Assembly: GCA_000934665.2 (NCBI GenBank)
Contig: JYFJ02000514.1
Span: 62,001 to 126,000, forward strand
Origin: Catajapyx aquilonaris
Taxonomy: Eukaryota
DNA: 64,000 nucleotides
Direction: 5' to 3'
Under the pieces are notes generated by a model. That model had not been told where the DNA came from. It was given only the letters and a program-made list of their open reading frames with translations, and searched no databases. The position numbers and the translations under genes were made by a program. Of the stretch, positions 12,501-27,000 are shown in pieces (positions within the stretch are counted from its first letter, which is position 1; the number at the start of each line of letters is the position of its first letter).

Positions 12501-15500
12501 GGGAAATTAAGCGGTGTAACCGGTCTATATAAAGGGGGGGGGGGGATGGGGGGCAAAAAGATTAATTGTCCGACCAAAAAAAGAGAGAGAGCCCTCTGCA
12601 TAGATTTACCTCGCTCTCTAAATTTATTTGGAGTGGTTGTCCGCTGCTTCAATTGGAACGTTTCTTCTTTTTACGCTCCCCGAAATGTCATTCCCTCCTT
12701 TTAGATTGAAAAGCTAAACAGTTACTGTCTCAATCAATATTTAAACCGGATTTCGCGTCTATTTTTGTTAATTATTTAATCAGTTCGACGGAGAAATGAG
12801 TCTGCTTTCCATTTGTTACTGACAATGGGGATGCTGTTAAGAGTGTAAAAATAATTATGATATAAAATGTAATATTTATTATTTAATTAATATATTGCGA
12901 TAAATCTGTGTGCAAGAAGTTGGTCCGAGTGTGTGATAATAAATGATGAATCGAATCAGTGTTGATGAAAGGAATTAAAAATTGACCGGGGCATCCAGCA
13001 GACGTGATGTGTGAACCGCCTAGATTCAATTTAATTTATGATTATTGTGTTTGATTTTTTGTGGGCCTCTTGTGTTGGTGGGGTCCTGCTGGCAAATTGG
13101 CACAAGTGAAACAAATGCACGCCGGCCTGACAGGGTGTAATTTGCCCAGATCTGATTGCCGGAGTTATGCTGCAAGGCAGGTTCCTTCCTGGAATAAGAG
13201 AAGAGTATACACACACTGAGTATATCGTATGTACGAAGAAAATTGCGAGTTTGGCCAATCAGCAGTTGGGTCCTAACGGTGTTTGGGAAGAGAGGGTTTG
13301 GCGACTATTGGATTTATAGACACTAAAACCAAAGTGAGCCTGACGCTGGCCCGAATTTTCGTGCCCCGTCAGCAGCTCTCAGGCAAGCAGGTGGTGGTGC
13401 TTAATCGAGTTTTCTGTGTGAGACCGCAAGCCTTCCCATCGTACTTGTCCGTACTCAGGGATTTTAAGTACATACGGCTCATTGACAAGTCCGATAGCCC
13501 CAACCAAAACAGGGTCGTAAACTAGTGCAGCCTGCGATCTATGTATATATATGCATACGAAACCGACTGTTGGATCTTCCGGATTTTCCCTATCCGGTTT
13601 CAGAACTTGACAAACTCTTTTCTCTCCGTGGGACTATTCATCCTAACCGAACCAGACCTATGCTAACCAAAAATCGTTATCGCTACCGGTATTATATGAT
13701 TTACGAGAGTCGTACATTTTATGTGCACGGGAGGATATCGCGTGTAATGAAACATGGGGGGGCTGTGCATAGTGCGGCTCAAGTGGGGCCGGGACCCAAT
13801 TTCCTCTCAAGAATCTATGGCAACTGGTATAAGAAAGCCCACTAACAAGCAACTTATTATTATTAGCAGGACGAGTCGTTATGAGCAGATTTGGCCGACT
13901 TCAACGAACGAGTATAACGATGTTTTTATTTTGTCCAAAGAGCATCGACAAACGATTTCACCTTTCCATCACTTAAAATGGATTCGTACTTTAACGAGGC
14001 AATTATTTTTATACTTATAACTTTGCATCGACAGCAAAACATTTTAGTGCAAATCTTAACATGTAATTGCGTCAATTAACCGGTCCGGTGCAGTAAATAA
14101 CCGTATATATATTTGCAATGGCACAGTCTGCCGGGCAGGTCCGCTTGTTATTGTCATCACGTTAATTAAATCATTCGTTTCCCCGTCGTTTTTTTTTGTA
14201 CTCCCTTCCATCCGAACCGTTTTAATAATTTAGCATCCATATATTTCAAGCGGGACTTTGCCTCGTTTATTTTAATGCGCCATATTTGATTAGTTGCAAA
14301 TTCGTGTGCATTTTGTTGCCCGATATTTTGCAACACCAGAGTTTGGACCGTGATTGAAATATTGCGAGCCAACATATGTCCAAAAAAATATGTTTCGGAC
14401 AAACGCATCCTGCAACTATCAACACTGGCAAGGTTATGTTGTTGGTTGCTTAGCTGCATTACCCGGAACATACTTTCGTAACAAAAAAGTGCATTGTCTC
14501 GCTGGCGGTACCGGTATAGACAAATTGCGTTTTCGTGCACCTTTTATAATAGTCCCCCTCTCACCCTCCAGTGGAATAAAAAACAGTGTGTGTGCATGAC
14601 GAGGAGGTAATTTGGATAGGGGTCATGCAGCGAAGCCCCATTTCCAGATGAGCAAATTAATGTCGCAGGCCCGGAAATCCACCTGTCATGGCATTGTTGC
14701 TATAGCTACACCATCTGCTCCCAATTTATACCGGATTTTTTTCATATTGACAAAAAGAACGCGCTCTCAAATCTATCATTAGGCCCACAAAGGGATCTGG
14801 CTCCAATTTTTTTAAAAAAGGCAGTATTTCTCCCTATATATTCTTGGGAGGCTTTGACGATCGATGATTAGGACAATTTTGGAATATTCGCTGGGGCAAT
14901 GTGCTTCCTCTTTCCACCTCGAAAAGGGCAGCAGAGTAATAATAACATTAGTGGTGTGGTTTTGGTCGAGTGAGTGTGGTTGGATCTCCCCATCCCCCCT
15001 CCACTGGACCAGCCTAGCTGCGGGCATAAATCTCAGGGCAGATCCTGCTCTATAGCCAGCAGATATGTGGTGGTGGTTGGTGGCTGGCAGAGAGAGGACT
15101 CGACACATATATGCGGCCTGGAATTTCTCCCACCCTCCGTCCACTGTGGGGGAGACACAGAGAGAGGGACCCCCCAAAAAGTACGGGACACCCTCGATTT
15201 GATTGCGTTTTTCCCCCCTTCTGTACACCCCCCATGCTCCTTTCTGCGTTTGATATCTAGGGGGGTGTAATCTGGGTGTGGGGACTGCAAGCATATGTCA
15301 GGAGCCAAAGGTCAAACAGTGGTGCTTACAGGCAGAATGAGGGGAAAAAAAGAGAGGGTCCGGGGGTAGTCTCCCGGAAAATGTTGGGAGGCAAAGGTCG
15401 AATTTGGTTTTATTATATAGGGACGATAATATTTCGCTGGCAAACCAAACCTGTGCTGCAATTAGGCGATTAGCTTTTTGCGCTATCTCCTGTTGGGATA

Positions 15501-17851
15501 ATGGCATATCCACTTGTGTCATTTTTGTTTTTCCAACGGTAGACTTCCCTCGGGGTGGGTGCGGAGAGAGAGTTGGAACATTGGAAGCCTCTCTGCGGAA
15601 TTGACTGCCGAAGGCGCTCGTTTTTTTTTCTCTCTCTCTCTCTGCCTGCATGTGTTGGAAAGTTGTAATTATATTTGTGCCAAAAATATGCAGGTTCTGT
15701 ACGGAGCGACTAACGCCCGACTCTGCTGGCTTATTAATAACAGAGTTTTTGTAGAGTTGGAAAATAATACCCCCTATACCTTCCAGTTTGTACAGTACAT
15801 TCAATTAATGACAAAAATTCCTGGTATAGAATGTAAGGTCGCTCGTTCTCAATCACTTCGTCTGATTGGACAGGGCATCAAAATGGGAGTGGCCAGGAAT
15901 GCTGACTGTTCCTATGAAATATTTACCTCTTTTTTTTACGGTCCAAGGATGGGATTACGTTGTTTGTTATGATTTTTTTGTGCGCGTACCTCGTTTTCTA
16001 CCCGGATTAAAGAGCGAAACGTAAGCTTGAGTCTGTCGGGGAGGGTTCGAGTTTCAAATAAGCACCAGTCCTTCTACAGGGTGGTATATTGCCACAGTCC
16101 ACGGTTCAAGACTCAGATAAAAGTCAACGTGGATATGTTTGTTGGCGAATCCCTCCACGTTTGCATACAGTCAAAACATTGTCAACGAGCAAGTGGACCG
16201 GTTCCAGACCGGGCCCAGCAGTGTTCACTTGTGTTCGTGAAGTGTTTCGTCTAGCTCTGGAATGGTAGGTGGGCCACCCTCTCAGGCTTGCAAGTACGTT
16301 TGTTTGCCACTGATTTATCCCTGCACTTAAGTTGTGATTTGTCCAACTCCTCGCTATCTTCCATCATCACATAAACTGTTTTCTGCTGAAAAGTTTACGA
16401 CATCATATTTCTCGCTAATGTCGCTTTTCCCACCTCCCCTCCCCTCCTTCCTTCCTCAGATACCTATCAGCACCAACCCAGGTTTTTCTCTCGCGCAGTG
16501 GATGTAAATGACACGATTATACGCACGATGGTCCGCACTCTCCAAAGATAGAGGCTGCTGCGGTAAAAAAAATTGTGGGTTTACCTCCAGCAAACATTTT
16601 TTAAACGTAAGCAATAAACACTGCAGGTGGCCATTCCAACGGGATTCGACAGAGCTATTTTCCTTCCAGTTTCAAAAAAATCGCTGTCGAGTGCATTGAG
16701 GGCCGAGCTAGAGGCATTTTTCATAAGTGGAGCATAGAAAGTCAGATCGGCATCTGTCTCATGCTGTGTTCTGACCTGCTGCTACTTGCTGTGTGTGTGT
16801 ATAGAGAGAGAGAGATGGAGACCTGTGGGCTATCATAAAAGGGGTGACCGACTACTGGTCTTGTCGTCACTCAATGATGGGATGATTTGCATCGTCCGGC
16901 CGGGCACATTCCTGGCTCGGATAGGGTGTTAAAGGTCGATGTGTGTGAATGGAAGGCAGCGTTGCGACGACGGTGGTCACAACATAACCCTGCTGTCTTT
17001 TTCTCCCCTTGATGGGAAGGGCCACCCAGAGGCAGCAGAATAATCCCTTCCAACCCCTTTTTGTTGTCCATCCGAGGGGCCTCCCTCACAATGGACAATT
17101 TACGGCAGCTACAAAAGACCAATTTATATCGGAGCCACCGGCTTTGCATTCTCAGGTCTGATGGTCGACTCCAGCAACACACATCTGTACAGACGGATTT
17201 GAGAGAATCAGTGGACATCAGACATCCTCGATTTAGTGGACCTGTCCAGGTTTTTGCGTCCCTGAAAACGGGCTCGATCAAAGCGTAACTGGAGGCGGAC
17301 GCTTCAAGCTTTTGTGCAGCTTGAAGGGGGCCAAAGAGAGGGGGGGCCAGACTCGATCAACTCCCAAATAGTGTTGGGTTTCCATAAAGTCCAGTCCTCG
17401 GCTCGTCTTGTGTGGCGAATGAACATGGGGGGGACAGAGTGGGGGGGATTTTCTCCGCAAACTGCACGCAAATCTCCAGCTGGGGAAATGAGGCTGCACG
17501 AAAAACTACATTGTTACCGACTTTTTTTTATTTTATTTTTGAGACCCAACAGAAACGCGAGAGGGCCACCGAAAATTGCTTCCATTCTAACCCCCGACGG
17601 ATAATACCTGCGGGTTTTGCTCTGTTTGGGGGATGGGTCGGTTTGCAAGATGGAAACGTCAGATTCGCACATTGTCCTTTTCGCCAATTGCATAGCTGCG
17701 AAAAAAAGATTTGACCGGTCAATCCCCATAAGTGGCGTACCGTGTCTATAGGTGTGCCTTATAATTGAGACGTCAGTTTTGGCTCGATCACGTGATATAG
17801 ACTTTGTCAGGCTATTTCCCCATTTATTACTGTCCTATCCTCACCTGCTCT

Positions 17852-17878
17852 GGGGGGGGGGGNNNNNGGGGGGGGGGG
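17852..17878. other. Poly-G tract containing 5 Ns (assembly ambiguity)
   Basis: Ns lie inside the homopolymer. Single Ns also occur in or beside G/C runs near 6617, 49139, 54485 and 59277. Confidence 0.9.
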
Positions 17879-18080
17879 AGGTGGAAGTAAAAAAAAATGA
17901 GAGATCCAGCCCGATTGGCCCACTCAGAGGTGGGATCGAACAGGATTTTACCTGCACGATATGTGTGCGACCAAGTGGTGTGTGAAGGTGGGGGGGAAAA
18001 ATGAGGGAGTCGTTTTATGCCCAGAAAAATGCGATCGACCTTTGACCTCGGACTTAACACTCTTCCTTTTTTCTTTACAG

Positions 18081-18152
18081 TGACCTGCAAGGCAACAATC
18101 TGACGGTCATCAGACGCGATGACTTTGCCGGAATGGGAAAACTGAGGATTCT
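18081..18152 (+). CDS. sli: Slit LRR exon (72 nt): DLQGNNLTVIRRDDFAGMGKLRIL
   Basis: Acceptor tcttccttttttctttacag|, branch-like cttaac at 18053-18058, donor CT|gtaagt. Encodes one 24-aa LRR, phase 2-2. Not represented in the ORF track. Confidence 0.95.
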
Positions 18153-20968
18153 GTAAGTATATCCAATCACGATTTGCATTTTTTTTAAATACCTATAATA
18201 TACAGAGGTGTACAGAGTATGACTTGTCTCAATAGTTGTACCGGTACTTGCTCAAATTCTGAGTAGGTAAGCCCTGCTCTTTCACATTTAATTTCGAAAA
18301 TGGTTCATTTCATGGGTCACCTTATTGTTCTACAGTACATGTAGATATTCTAGAATATTTTAATGCTTTTCATTCAGTATGTAGCAAAATAGTCTCGTTA
18401 ATTTCGTAAGAATTATCTCATTTGTCGGCCCAACAAATTTTTAGTAACTAAATTCCCGATTGCAAGCCCCACCAAAAATGCTTAGTTGTGTACTGCACAC
18501 AATATGTTTTAAGATGAGATCTAACAGGTTTAGTCAGGGGAGGTGTGGATAAGTGGACACATATCGTCTCGCCTTGATTATAAATAATGTGTCCGATAAT
18601 GACGGACGCTTATTTTATCCCCGGCAATCGTGTAATTATAGGCGTCTCTCCTCCCCCCCTCCCTCCCTCCCTGATGGATTGAAGGATGTGTGAGCTGCGC
18701 TTGTAATTAGAAGGGAGATGGGTGTGAAAGCGGGAATGTTGGATAATATTCAAGTGTGTGTGTGTGAGAGAGAGAGACCACCACCAAATAAGAGCTTGTT
18801 TTGAGGGGTGGGGTGGGCAGGGAGGGAGGGGCGTGATCAAGAGGAAATGAGGAACGCGACAGGTAAGCCATCCATCTTCGTTATTTATGGGGAAAGGGCC
18901 GGAATGAATGCTTGCTTTTGCTCGGAGGATTGCAGGTGAAAAAGAGGATCGTCGGGCGTTTGAATGAGGTTTTGGGTTGCGTGACGTCGACCCCCCTCCA
19001 AAATCAGGTGCGTGCCCGCCATTCCGACGGACATTCACGCACGTGCGACACTATTTGGATCCTTTATTTACACTATATATACAGTGGGTGCAAACTTCGT
19101 GTGGTTCCTGTATTGTATAGAGGGGCCGGGTTATTCTCCGCGGGACTAATGCGGCGGTTGACAGGTCAGATAAGGACGAGTGACATGTGCCAACGCTGGC
19201 CCCATGCTTTAATGCATAATAAGGACATTGCTATAGCCTCCTTTATTTATGGCACCGCCCGCAAGTCACACGGAAATCGACAGAAAAGCGTTTCTCCCGA
19301 TAACAAAAATCGAAGCAGCAGGCCCCATGGCTCGAGAGAAATAGCGACTAGAAGTAACCCTCATCCAATAACTTGGCGAGAGTAAAGCCAATGTTTCCAC
19401 AATGACAGAGCTCTTAGGAATATTAAAATGCCCTCGGAATATTTTTGTACCCTTCGGGGGTTGAAGTGAGGGATTGGTTGGGTCGCTGCTGTTATCCCAT
19501 TTTGTATGCACTTGGAGTAAACCAAAAACCTCAGCCGGCAGTATAAAACCTGGGAGAAGAGATTCAATTCGCTGGCCGTTCATCATCGCCTATGATATAA
19601 AAGAGTTCCGCCCTTTTCCCCAAGACATGGTCACGTGTCAACATGACCCCCCCTTTTTTTCTTATTCTCCCCCCACATGGCATGTCGCACTCGCATACCA
19701 AGCAGTGTCCAGGTTATTTATGGGCCAGCCGGACTTACAGTTTAAACAACAACAAAAAAAGGAGAAAAAGAAAAGAGCTGAAAGGCCCCGAGGTGAACAC
19801 GGGCGGTGTTCCGAGCAGAAGTCTGCATATATGGTGGACAAGTGTGTTTAAACATGCGGGCGGTGTGAGGCAGAATTCATTAACACTTGTAACTGGTCAC
19901 GGATGGTGAATCCTACAGGCGGTACACTCCTGCGTAATCACGGCTCACTCCTCAGCACATAACCTCACCTTGCATATATATACACGGGATGCACAGCAGG
20001 TAGCTACAGGTGTCAGGAAAGGAGCCGGAAGAGAGGTTCATTCTGCGACCCCCTTTTTTTTTGGAGGGGAGTGGGGCCTACTTGACACGGGTCAAATATA
20101 TTGCATATAGGGGGCGTTGTCAATCCAAATGAATAGATATCATCCATGATTAAACCCGATTGTGCCTATTGTTCATACAGCATGACCAAATTTGCGCGTA
20201 CAATTAGCATATAATTTAGCTTTTACAGTTACAATCATCTACCATTCGCGTATTATTTATAACGTAAACAGAAGCATAATGTCATAAAAAACCATACAGC
20301 AAATTATTTTAAATGTCATAGTAAATATGTTATCATTCATACAATTACCAGATTTGCTCCAAATATAATAAAATGTGATAAAAATTTATGACAGTTTAAA
20401 TAGTAATTTGCTGTAGGCTATTTGGCTTCTCAATTTCTTTTGAAATTATATGTTTTTGTTTACTATAAGTAACAAGGAACTTGGCGATAATGTCCACTTA
20501 TCCCATACTTTGCCACACATTCGCATTTCTCCCCATCTCTTGCCCAGATGACCCTGAATAGCCATAGTTCTTTATAAATTATTAGCAGCATTTTAAAATC
20601 AGTCGTTGCAACCTATAAGGCGAGGGTGTGAATAAACTAAAATGGGCCTAACCGGACATGCCATTTGATAGTTTCGTTTAAGAAGTCTCAGGCAAGCAGT
20701 TTTAAGAGCCAAATGTAAATGTTTAAAAAGCGAGGGTCTGGTGTGCAAGGCCGTCTCATCGCCCCACTTTCTGGAGCATGCAAAGTTCGTCTGAGCTGCA
20801 ATGTCGTCGTGATTAAATCATGAAGCGAGAATGACGGTGCAGCCGGTTGCATTATTGTAGAACAAGGGTGCCAGATGCTGGAACCGGCTGCTTCCAAAGG
20901 ACGGGGGAAAAAAAGGCGGTTCCAGCAGAGACTTATACAAGCTTCCACATCTTTTCATCCTTTTACAG

Positions 20969-21040
20969 CCAGCTGATGGACAACCAAGTCGTCACAGTGG
21001 AGCGAGAAGCCTTCCAGGACCTGGTGTCGCTGGAGAGACT
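20969..21040 (+). CDS. sli: Slit LRR exon (72 nt): QLMDNQVVTVEREAFQDLVSLERL
   Basis: Acceptor cttttcatccttttacag|, donor CT|gtgagt. Forms the C-terminal part of ORF 20847..21044. Confidence 0.96.
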
Positions 21041-24000
21041 GTGAGTTTGCTTTCCTCTGTTTCTTTGAAGATCATGCTCCAGTTGAGACATCTATTTTGG
21101 ATAGGGTGTACCGTATACAATGGAAGGAAAAACATGCGATGTGCCGGCCATTAAAGTATTATGCAGCAGTGCTTGGGCCGATGTGTAGGCTCCGACCGTA
21201 AAGAAAACAAATATATTCGGTTACGTAGGGTTCAGATGGCGAATTTTCCCGTAAAAGGGCCACACACACACACACACATCCCCGGTTCTGCTGCTGGAGG
21301 GGGCCAACAACTAAGTGAAATCCTCCGTCCCATAAGGTGTAGGCAGCAGGTCCTTCTCTAGATCGCATGATTTATCCAGCAGGATGTGGGCGGAATGCAG
21401 AGAGAGGCTTTTTCTCTCTCTCGAATTTCAACCCGTGTATCTATATAGTTGGTTATTTTTTGAAGCGATGTTTTCTGTGTGCTGCGTTGGTGTCGGTTGG
21501 TGTGTGATGGGGTGTTGATTGACAGGCCTAATTTGTAGCAGGGATGCGCCACGGGCTCAATAGTCTCTCTCTGGTGAAAAGACCCGTGTTGAATATATAG
21601 GGTGGTTGGTGGCTGGTGATGATGATGATGATATCCTTTCTGGTGTACATGTGGATGCGGCCTTGTTGTTTTTAACGCACTGACGGTGCAAATGAATGCA
21701 AACCGTGTTAGCCCGCCCGCCCCCACAATCAAATGGTGATTAGGTGGGGAGGGGGCCATATCCTCTGGGCCATGTATCTGACCCCCCCCCTCCTCTGGAA
21801 ACGTATCCATCCGAAAAGCGAGCTGCTGAAAACCCACGGGTCGTGTCCAGCAGACCAATTACAGGCTCCCGGAGGACTGGAATCCTCCAAATGGGAGTAT
21901 ACACTGCAGATATTGTTAGTTATCCACCACTTTGCACGTTGGTTTCGACACCGCCAGACATCGCCAGTCAGAACGTGGGACTCACCCTGTATAGAAGAGC
22001 ATAGGGCGGTGATGGATCTGGATGATCCTTACTATGTAATGTCGAATCGGCCCAAAAGCCAAGAGAAGATATAGAGCCTAGTTGGACGTGAGATAAGCGC
22101 AAGGCAAGACAGCCCGAGTGCAGTTTGTGATCGAACAGAGCAGGCAGCAGAGAGAGAAGGGGGTTAAAAGTACTCCACTGGCAGCAGATGGAGAGACCCC
22201 AGAATCAGAGGTCCATAGGATAGAGATTTCCATTTCCTGCCTGGAAAGAGGCCTTCCTCCAGCAGCAAATTGACAAGAGGTCTTACGTCTCTCACACACT
22301 TCTTCAATCAAAGTGTCCGGGGTGACATATGGCTCGGGATTGGACTCCTGGAGGGCCACCTGCTAAATGACACCCAAGTTTCGCCGAGACTATATATACC
22401 AGTGGGAGACAAACGAGGAAAAGTGTTTTTTGTGTGTTTGTAGCTCTGGGCGAATTCCCTTGTATTTTTGCGGTGGTTGGAGCGTGTCCTAATGCGACTT
22501 GTGATTGGGACAAAAAGGAGAGTGTGTCCAGCTGCGGTTTATAGCCCACAGTGGCAGCAAAAATGGAGGCCTCTCCATTCGTTTATTATATGATATGTCC
22601 CGGCCCCAGTAGTTCTTTTCCATTATTAATCGGCGATTCCACGTCTCACACGCTAGGCCGATCTGTCGGCCCGATTGCGCGTAATGGAAACGTAGTGTAG
22701 TGGGACCTTTTCGCGTGCTCTTTGATTGGCGGCGGGGGTATTTCCCCTCATTACTTTGGAGGAGGGAAGGGGAATACTCGGTGTACTACTTGCCTGATGA
22801 TCACTGCAACAATTTTGAACGGACCCAATTGGAGTCAAGTGCAGGTCACGCCAACCGCATGGCTCGCGAGGGTCGCTGGTTGCCTACCACCCAGGATAAC
22901 GCTCCAGTGGTGTTGGGTCGAATTTCCGTCCCACTGCTAGTTACTGCTAAGTTAGCAGTCCATTTTTTTTTGGAGAAGTAGGGTACTGTAGTGCTATGCG
23001 AAAGTATCGCCAGAACCAAATGCACAGGATAGCTGCACTTCCAGTTCAAAAGGGGAGCAGCCTGGGATTGTTGACCGCAGCAACCATTGGAAAGAGAATC
23101 GGAGCCAGAGATGCAGAAACGGTGTGTTTTTATTTGCGAATGAGGGCAGATTTGGGGTGACCGCAAGTCCAAAGCTCCCGAGTCCGGGAAGCAGCAACAA
23201 CAGCCCTCGGAAGTTGCGGTTAGCTGCAAAAGGACTACAGTTGTTTTGAAGTGGGTTTTGGGGAGGCCGCGGGTTTCAAATCCTCTCCTGCCCCCGTAAC
23301 AAGAGCCCGCTGCTATTATGTGTGCGCTGCAGGTTTATTGGGCCGCTAGTTGAGGCGAATCTGGAGAATATTGCTGGTGCTGGGTAAGAAAAGGAATTGG
23401 CTTATCTATACACACTGCAGTACACGTTGGATGGGTCCCACGGGGGCATCGGGTGAGAAAGGAAGAGGCCAATTTGTCCCCTAGCGCACACTTTCCCGGA
23501 GCTGCATTCAATTATCCGGCCGTCTCAACGACCATTGCACACGCCAATTAGCAGCGCCCTCGCATAATACAATACAAGGGCTGCCTGGATGAATTATAGG
23601 ACCAGCAGGGCTGTACAGTTTGACCAGAATCCTGCTGCTCATGATCCGGCTTTGATTCTGAGAGTTATTGGAGAGGGGGATATTCCAATGGAAACCGACT
23701 TAATCCTGCGTAAGTTTCCTTCGAGATCCTGCCGGGTACAGTGCTTAAAAGGTACAGGGTGTGTGTGTGTAAATAGGCAAGGAGCAGCATCCCCTCCTTC
23801 TTCCTTTTGCTGCTTTGCCTTATTTATAACCTGTGCTAGCAGGGCTGCATAATGCCGGCGGATCACACGCGGCCTAATTGATGACTCTCAGGGGCTTGGT
23901 GTCAAACGCGCCGTGCGTAATCCTGACCCATTTGCTGCTTCTGCCTCCGGATCAGAACCTCCGGAAACACAAGCGAAGGCTCCAAGAAGAGGCCCGCCAC

Positions 24001-27000
24001 TATGAATATTCCGGGGGACTATAGTTGCAAGGAGGGGGAGAAAGAGACGAGGGAGAATCTTTAGTGCAGGATGAAAAGGCTTTTCCCGGTCAGATTAATA
24101 AATAAATTACGGGGACAGTCTGCCTGGAGTGAGGAGGAACAATTATTATTATCGAACCGGCTGCTTACATGCGCAATGCATGAACGTCGAGGGGAAACAT
24201 TCCCCTCCTGAAAGCGTTGACTCACTCTTCATATACAATGGGGGGACTGGAGGAATGTTGTACTCATTTCAGACTTACAAATTAAGCCTCATGTATTTCA
24301 GCGCATTGCAACCTTATTCGCAATAATTGGACCCAACACTCTTACAGTCCATCCTATGTGCACATCGGCAGCAGCGGCTGGATCATGTCACGACGAGTTC
24401 ATCTACAAACTACATCAAAGCTCTTGTGCAGTATGAAATTAGTGCTCAAATTAGAGTCCGGCTAATTATGACGATGCCGGTGGATCACACATGTGCAAAG
24501 TTGTGCGGATCCTGTGAGCTTATGTAAGGCTGGTCACGTGCAAATGAGGGTTGTCACACCTCGGGGACACGGACTCCGGTGTCTGGTTTGCGTACAGTAT
24601 GTGCCACAATTTTTTTTTCTCCCCATCTCTCATCACCTCTGGGCGTCGGAAAAAAAATCCGGGATTGGAGCAGCAGTAGCCTTTATTATGCAATATGCCC
24701 TCCACGTGCGCGTCGGACTAATTCTGCGGCTGGCTTCGATGGCATTTTGGGAGAGGGTTTTGCAGTGAGCGAGAGATGGACACAGCCTGCAGCTTCTTCC
24801 TCTCCATCCGTTTCCTAGTGGCCATTTCCCTAATGGGACGAGACAGGACGAAAATGAGCTGATCCTCTGGAATTTCCCAGCCCCCCTTGATTATGCAGCT
24901 CTCCTGGGGAATGTTGCAAGCCCGGGTTTGGGGTGGGTGGAACCAAGCTGGTACCCGTATCCACCAAAACGCAACCGGTGAAAAGCACCACTGTGTTGTT
25001 GACAGACTTACCATCCACGTTGAAAGAGTTGGCACGTGCCATCATCGTCCTGCCCCCAATTTGGGCAGTGATGCGCGTCTAGAAAAGCGGTTTTATTCCT
25101 CCTTTTCCTCCCTCGGGAGCCGCCAAGTGCCACGTGCTGTTGATGCCACGACACCCGCCTTCTTTTTTTTATATTCCTCGGTATTCTTCTCCCGTTTTTT
25201 TTCATTATATTATTTACAAAAAGGCGACAAAGGACAACAAAGGAGCTGCGGAGGCAGTATCGTTGTCGTCGCGGAAGAGATAAACCTCCGTCCCATTTAG
25301 TCTCCGCGACGACGTCTCTTCGGAGAAGCACGACTTTCATCACACAGCCTCCCTTTTCATTATGCTCCAGGAGGAGGAGGAGACGCTTTTTCTCCAGCCT
25401 TCCAGTTTATCTGGCTCGCCACTTTTTTCTCTCTCTCTCCTTCTTCTTGTCGTCCCCCGTCTCCGTGCTGCTTTTCCCAGGGAACAACCCATTCCTTCAG
25501 CATCATTACCATTGTAATCTGCCCCCCTCTTTTGTGTTGGAGAAAAAGAAGCAAACGGGGGGCGCAGGGAAAGTGTTTTATGCACCGCTGAAGATATGCG
25601 CTGCTCAACAATCCGGGCGGTGGATAAATATGCGAAATATGTCTGCCAAACAGCAGCACGACTTGTCCCAAAATTGAAGGGGTAGATAACGACTGTGGAC
25701 ATAAATGTTGCATCCTCCCCCATCCTGGCAGCAACTCTCTGCTTTTCCAGCTGACGTGCAGCATCAAGGGGGAAAGTGGGCAGCATTGTTGAACCTGGCA
25801 CTCTCTGGAATGCCAAATGAGCCGGATAAGTTTTTTTTTTGCATGCGTCATCTCCCCCTCTATACGCAAAGTGCGTGATGTGGGGGGGGATGGACCTCCA
25901 GGGACAAGGAAATTGACTGGAAGCGTGCGCATATTTCCAGTCTCCGAGGACTTTTTCTCTTTTTTTCCTCTTCACCTAAGGGAAGGGAGGTTTTTGCTTG
26001 CGAGGGGGTTGGAATTATTATTTGGGATGGGGAAGATGTCCTCTCCTGCTCCCTTCCCCAGCCTCTCCTAGAGCTTTTCCTCTCTTCATCTGTATTCCCA
26101 TCCGCGTCTCTGTAAATTACTGCCTGACGGCAGCGCTTTGGGTCGGGCTATAAAAATTCATCGGGTCGTGGAGCGTGCAATATAATCTATCCTTTGGGAG
26201 ACTTATTTTCCCCCCCTCCCTCCCTCAGATCCAGCGTAAAAGAGGGGAGAGGCGGGGGTGGGAGGGAATGTAGGAAATGCCTTTTTTTTTTTTTTTTCCT
26301 CCTCCACTTCCTGCAACCCCACAAATCCTGAGACATGGCTTGTATTTTGCACTGTATATATCATTCGAGCCAAATCCAAGCCACAATTGTGGTACTTGGG
26401 CCATCAAAACCTTTTGAAGACTGTGCGGACTTGTGTACTTTTGTCGAGTGCATTTTATTGTCGGGTTTGCTTCCGTCAGCTCAATTTTTATTGACGTTTC
26501 TTCAGCGAGCACAATATGCACGATGAGCCAATTTCGTTGCTGTCAATCGTTGCTACTGGACACCAGCATTTGAGCAACAGAGTGATTTCTCTTTACTTTT
26601 GGCACAACTCCACTGATGGTTTGGGCCAAGTTACCCGAAAGAGCGTGTGTGAAGGCGGCTGTCACACACGAGGCTAGAAAATAATGGTGGCTGCCACGTT
26701 GGAGTTGACATGTGTGGTGTTTTGCTGGGAAGAGAAATAAAAGGGCGTATCAGTATAATTCCAATTTGACAAGTGAGACCGAACGTATGCCTACTTTTCC
26801 CATCCCCAAGCGGGAGATGGATGAGGTGTGTTTTCCCTGACGATGACGTGTTTGAAGCATGACGAGATACATCACTCGCGAGTAGTTGTAACTCTGGCAA
26901 AGCCCCCCCGACTTTGCCATTGGGCCGGAAGATTTGTGGCTGTTTCCCTAGCTATTTGGCCGGTGTATAGACGACGTGCCTTTGACGAGGAGCCAATGCT

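Noticed and set aside
1..18080. Slit exon 1 (signal peptide plus CPxxCxC...VDC LRRNT)
   Set aside because: I found no matching reading frame ending in a phase-2 donor. It probably lies upstream of the window, though a manual scan could miss it.
24443..24513. Possible extra LRR exon ending ...VRIL CT|gtgagc
   Set aside because: It is 71 nt rather than 72, has an in-frame TAG, lacks the LRR consensus and has a poor acceptor.
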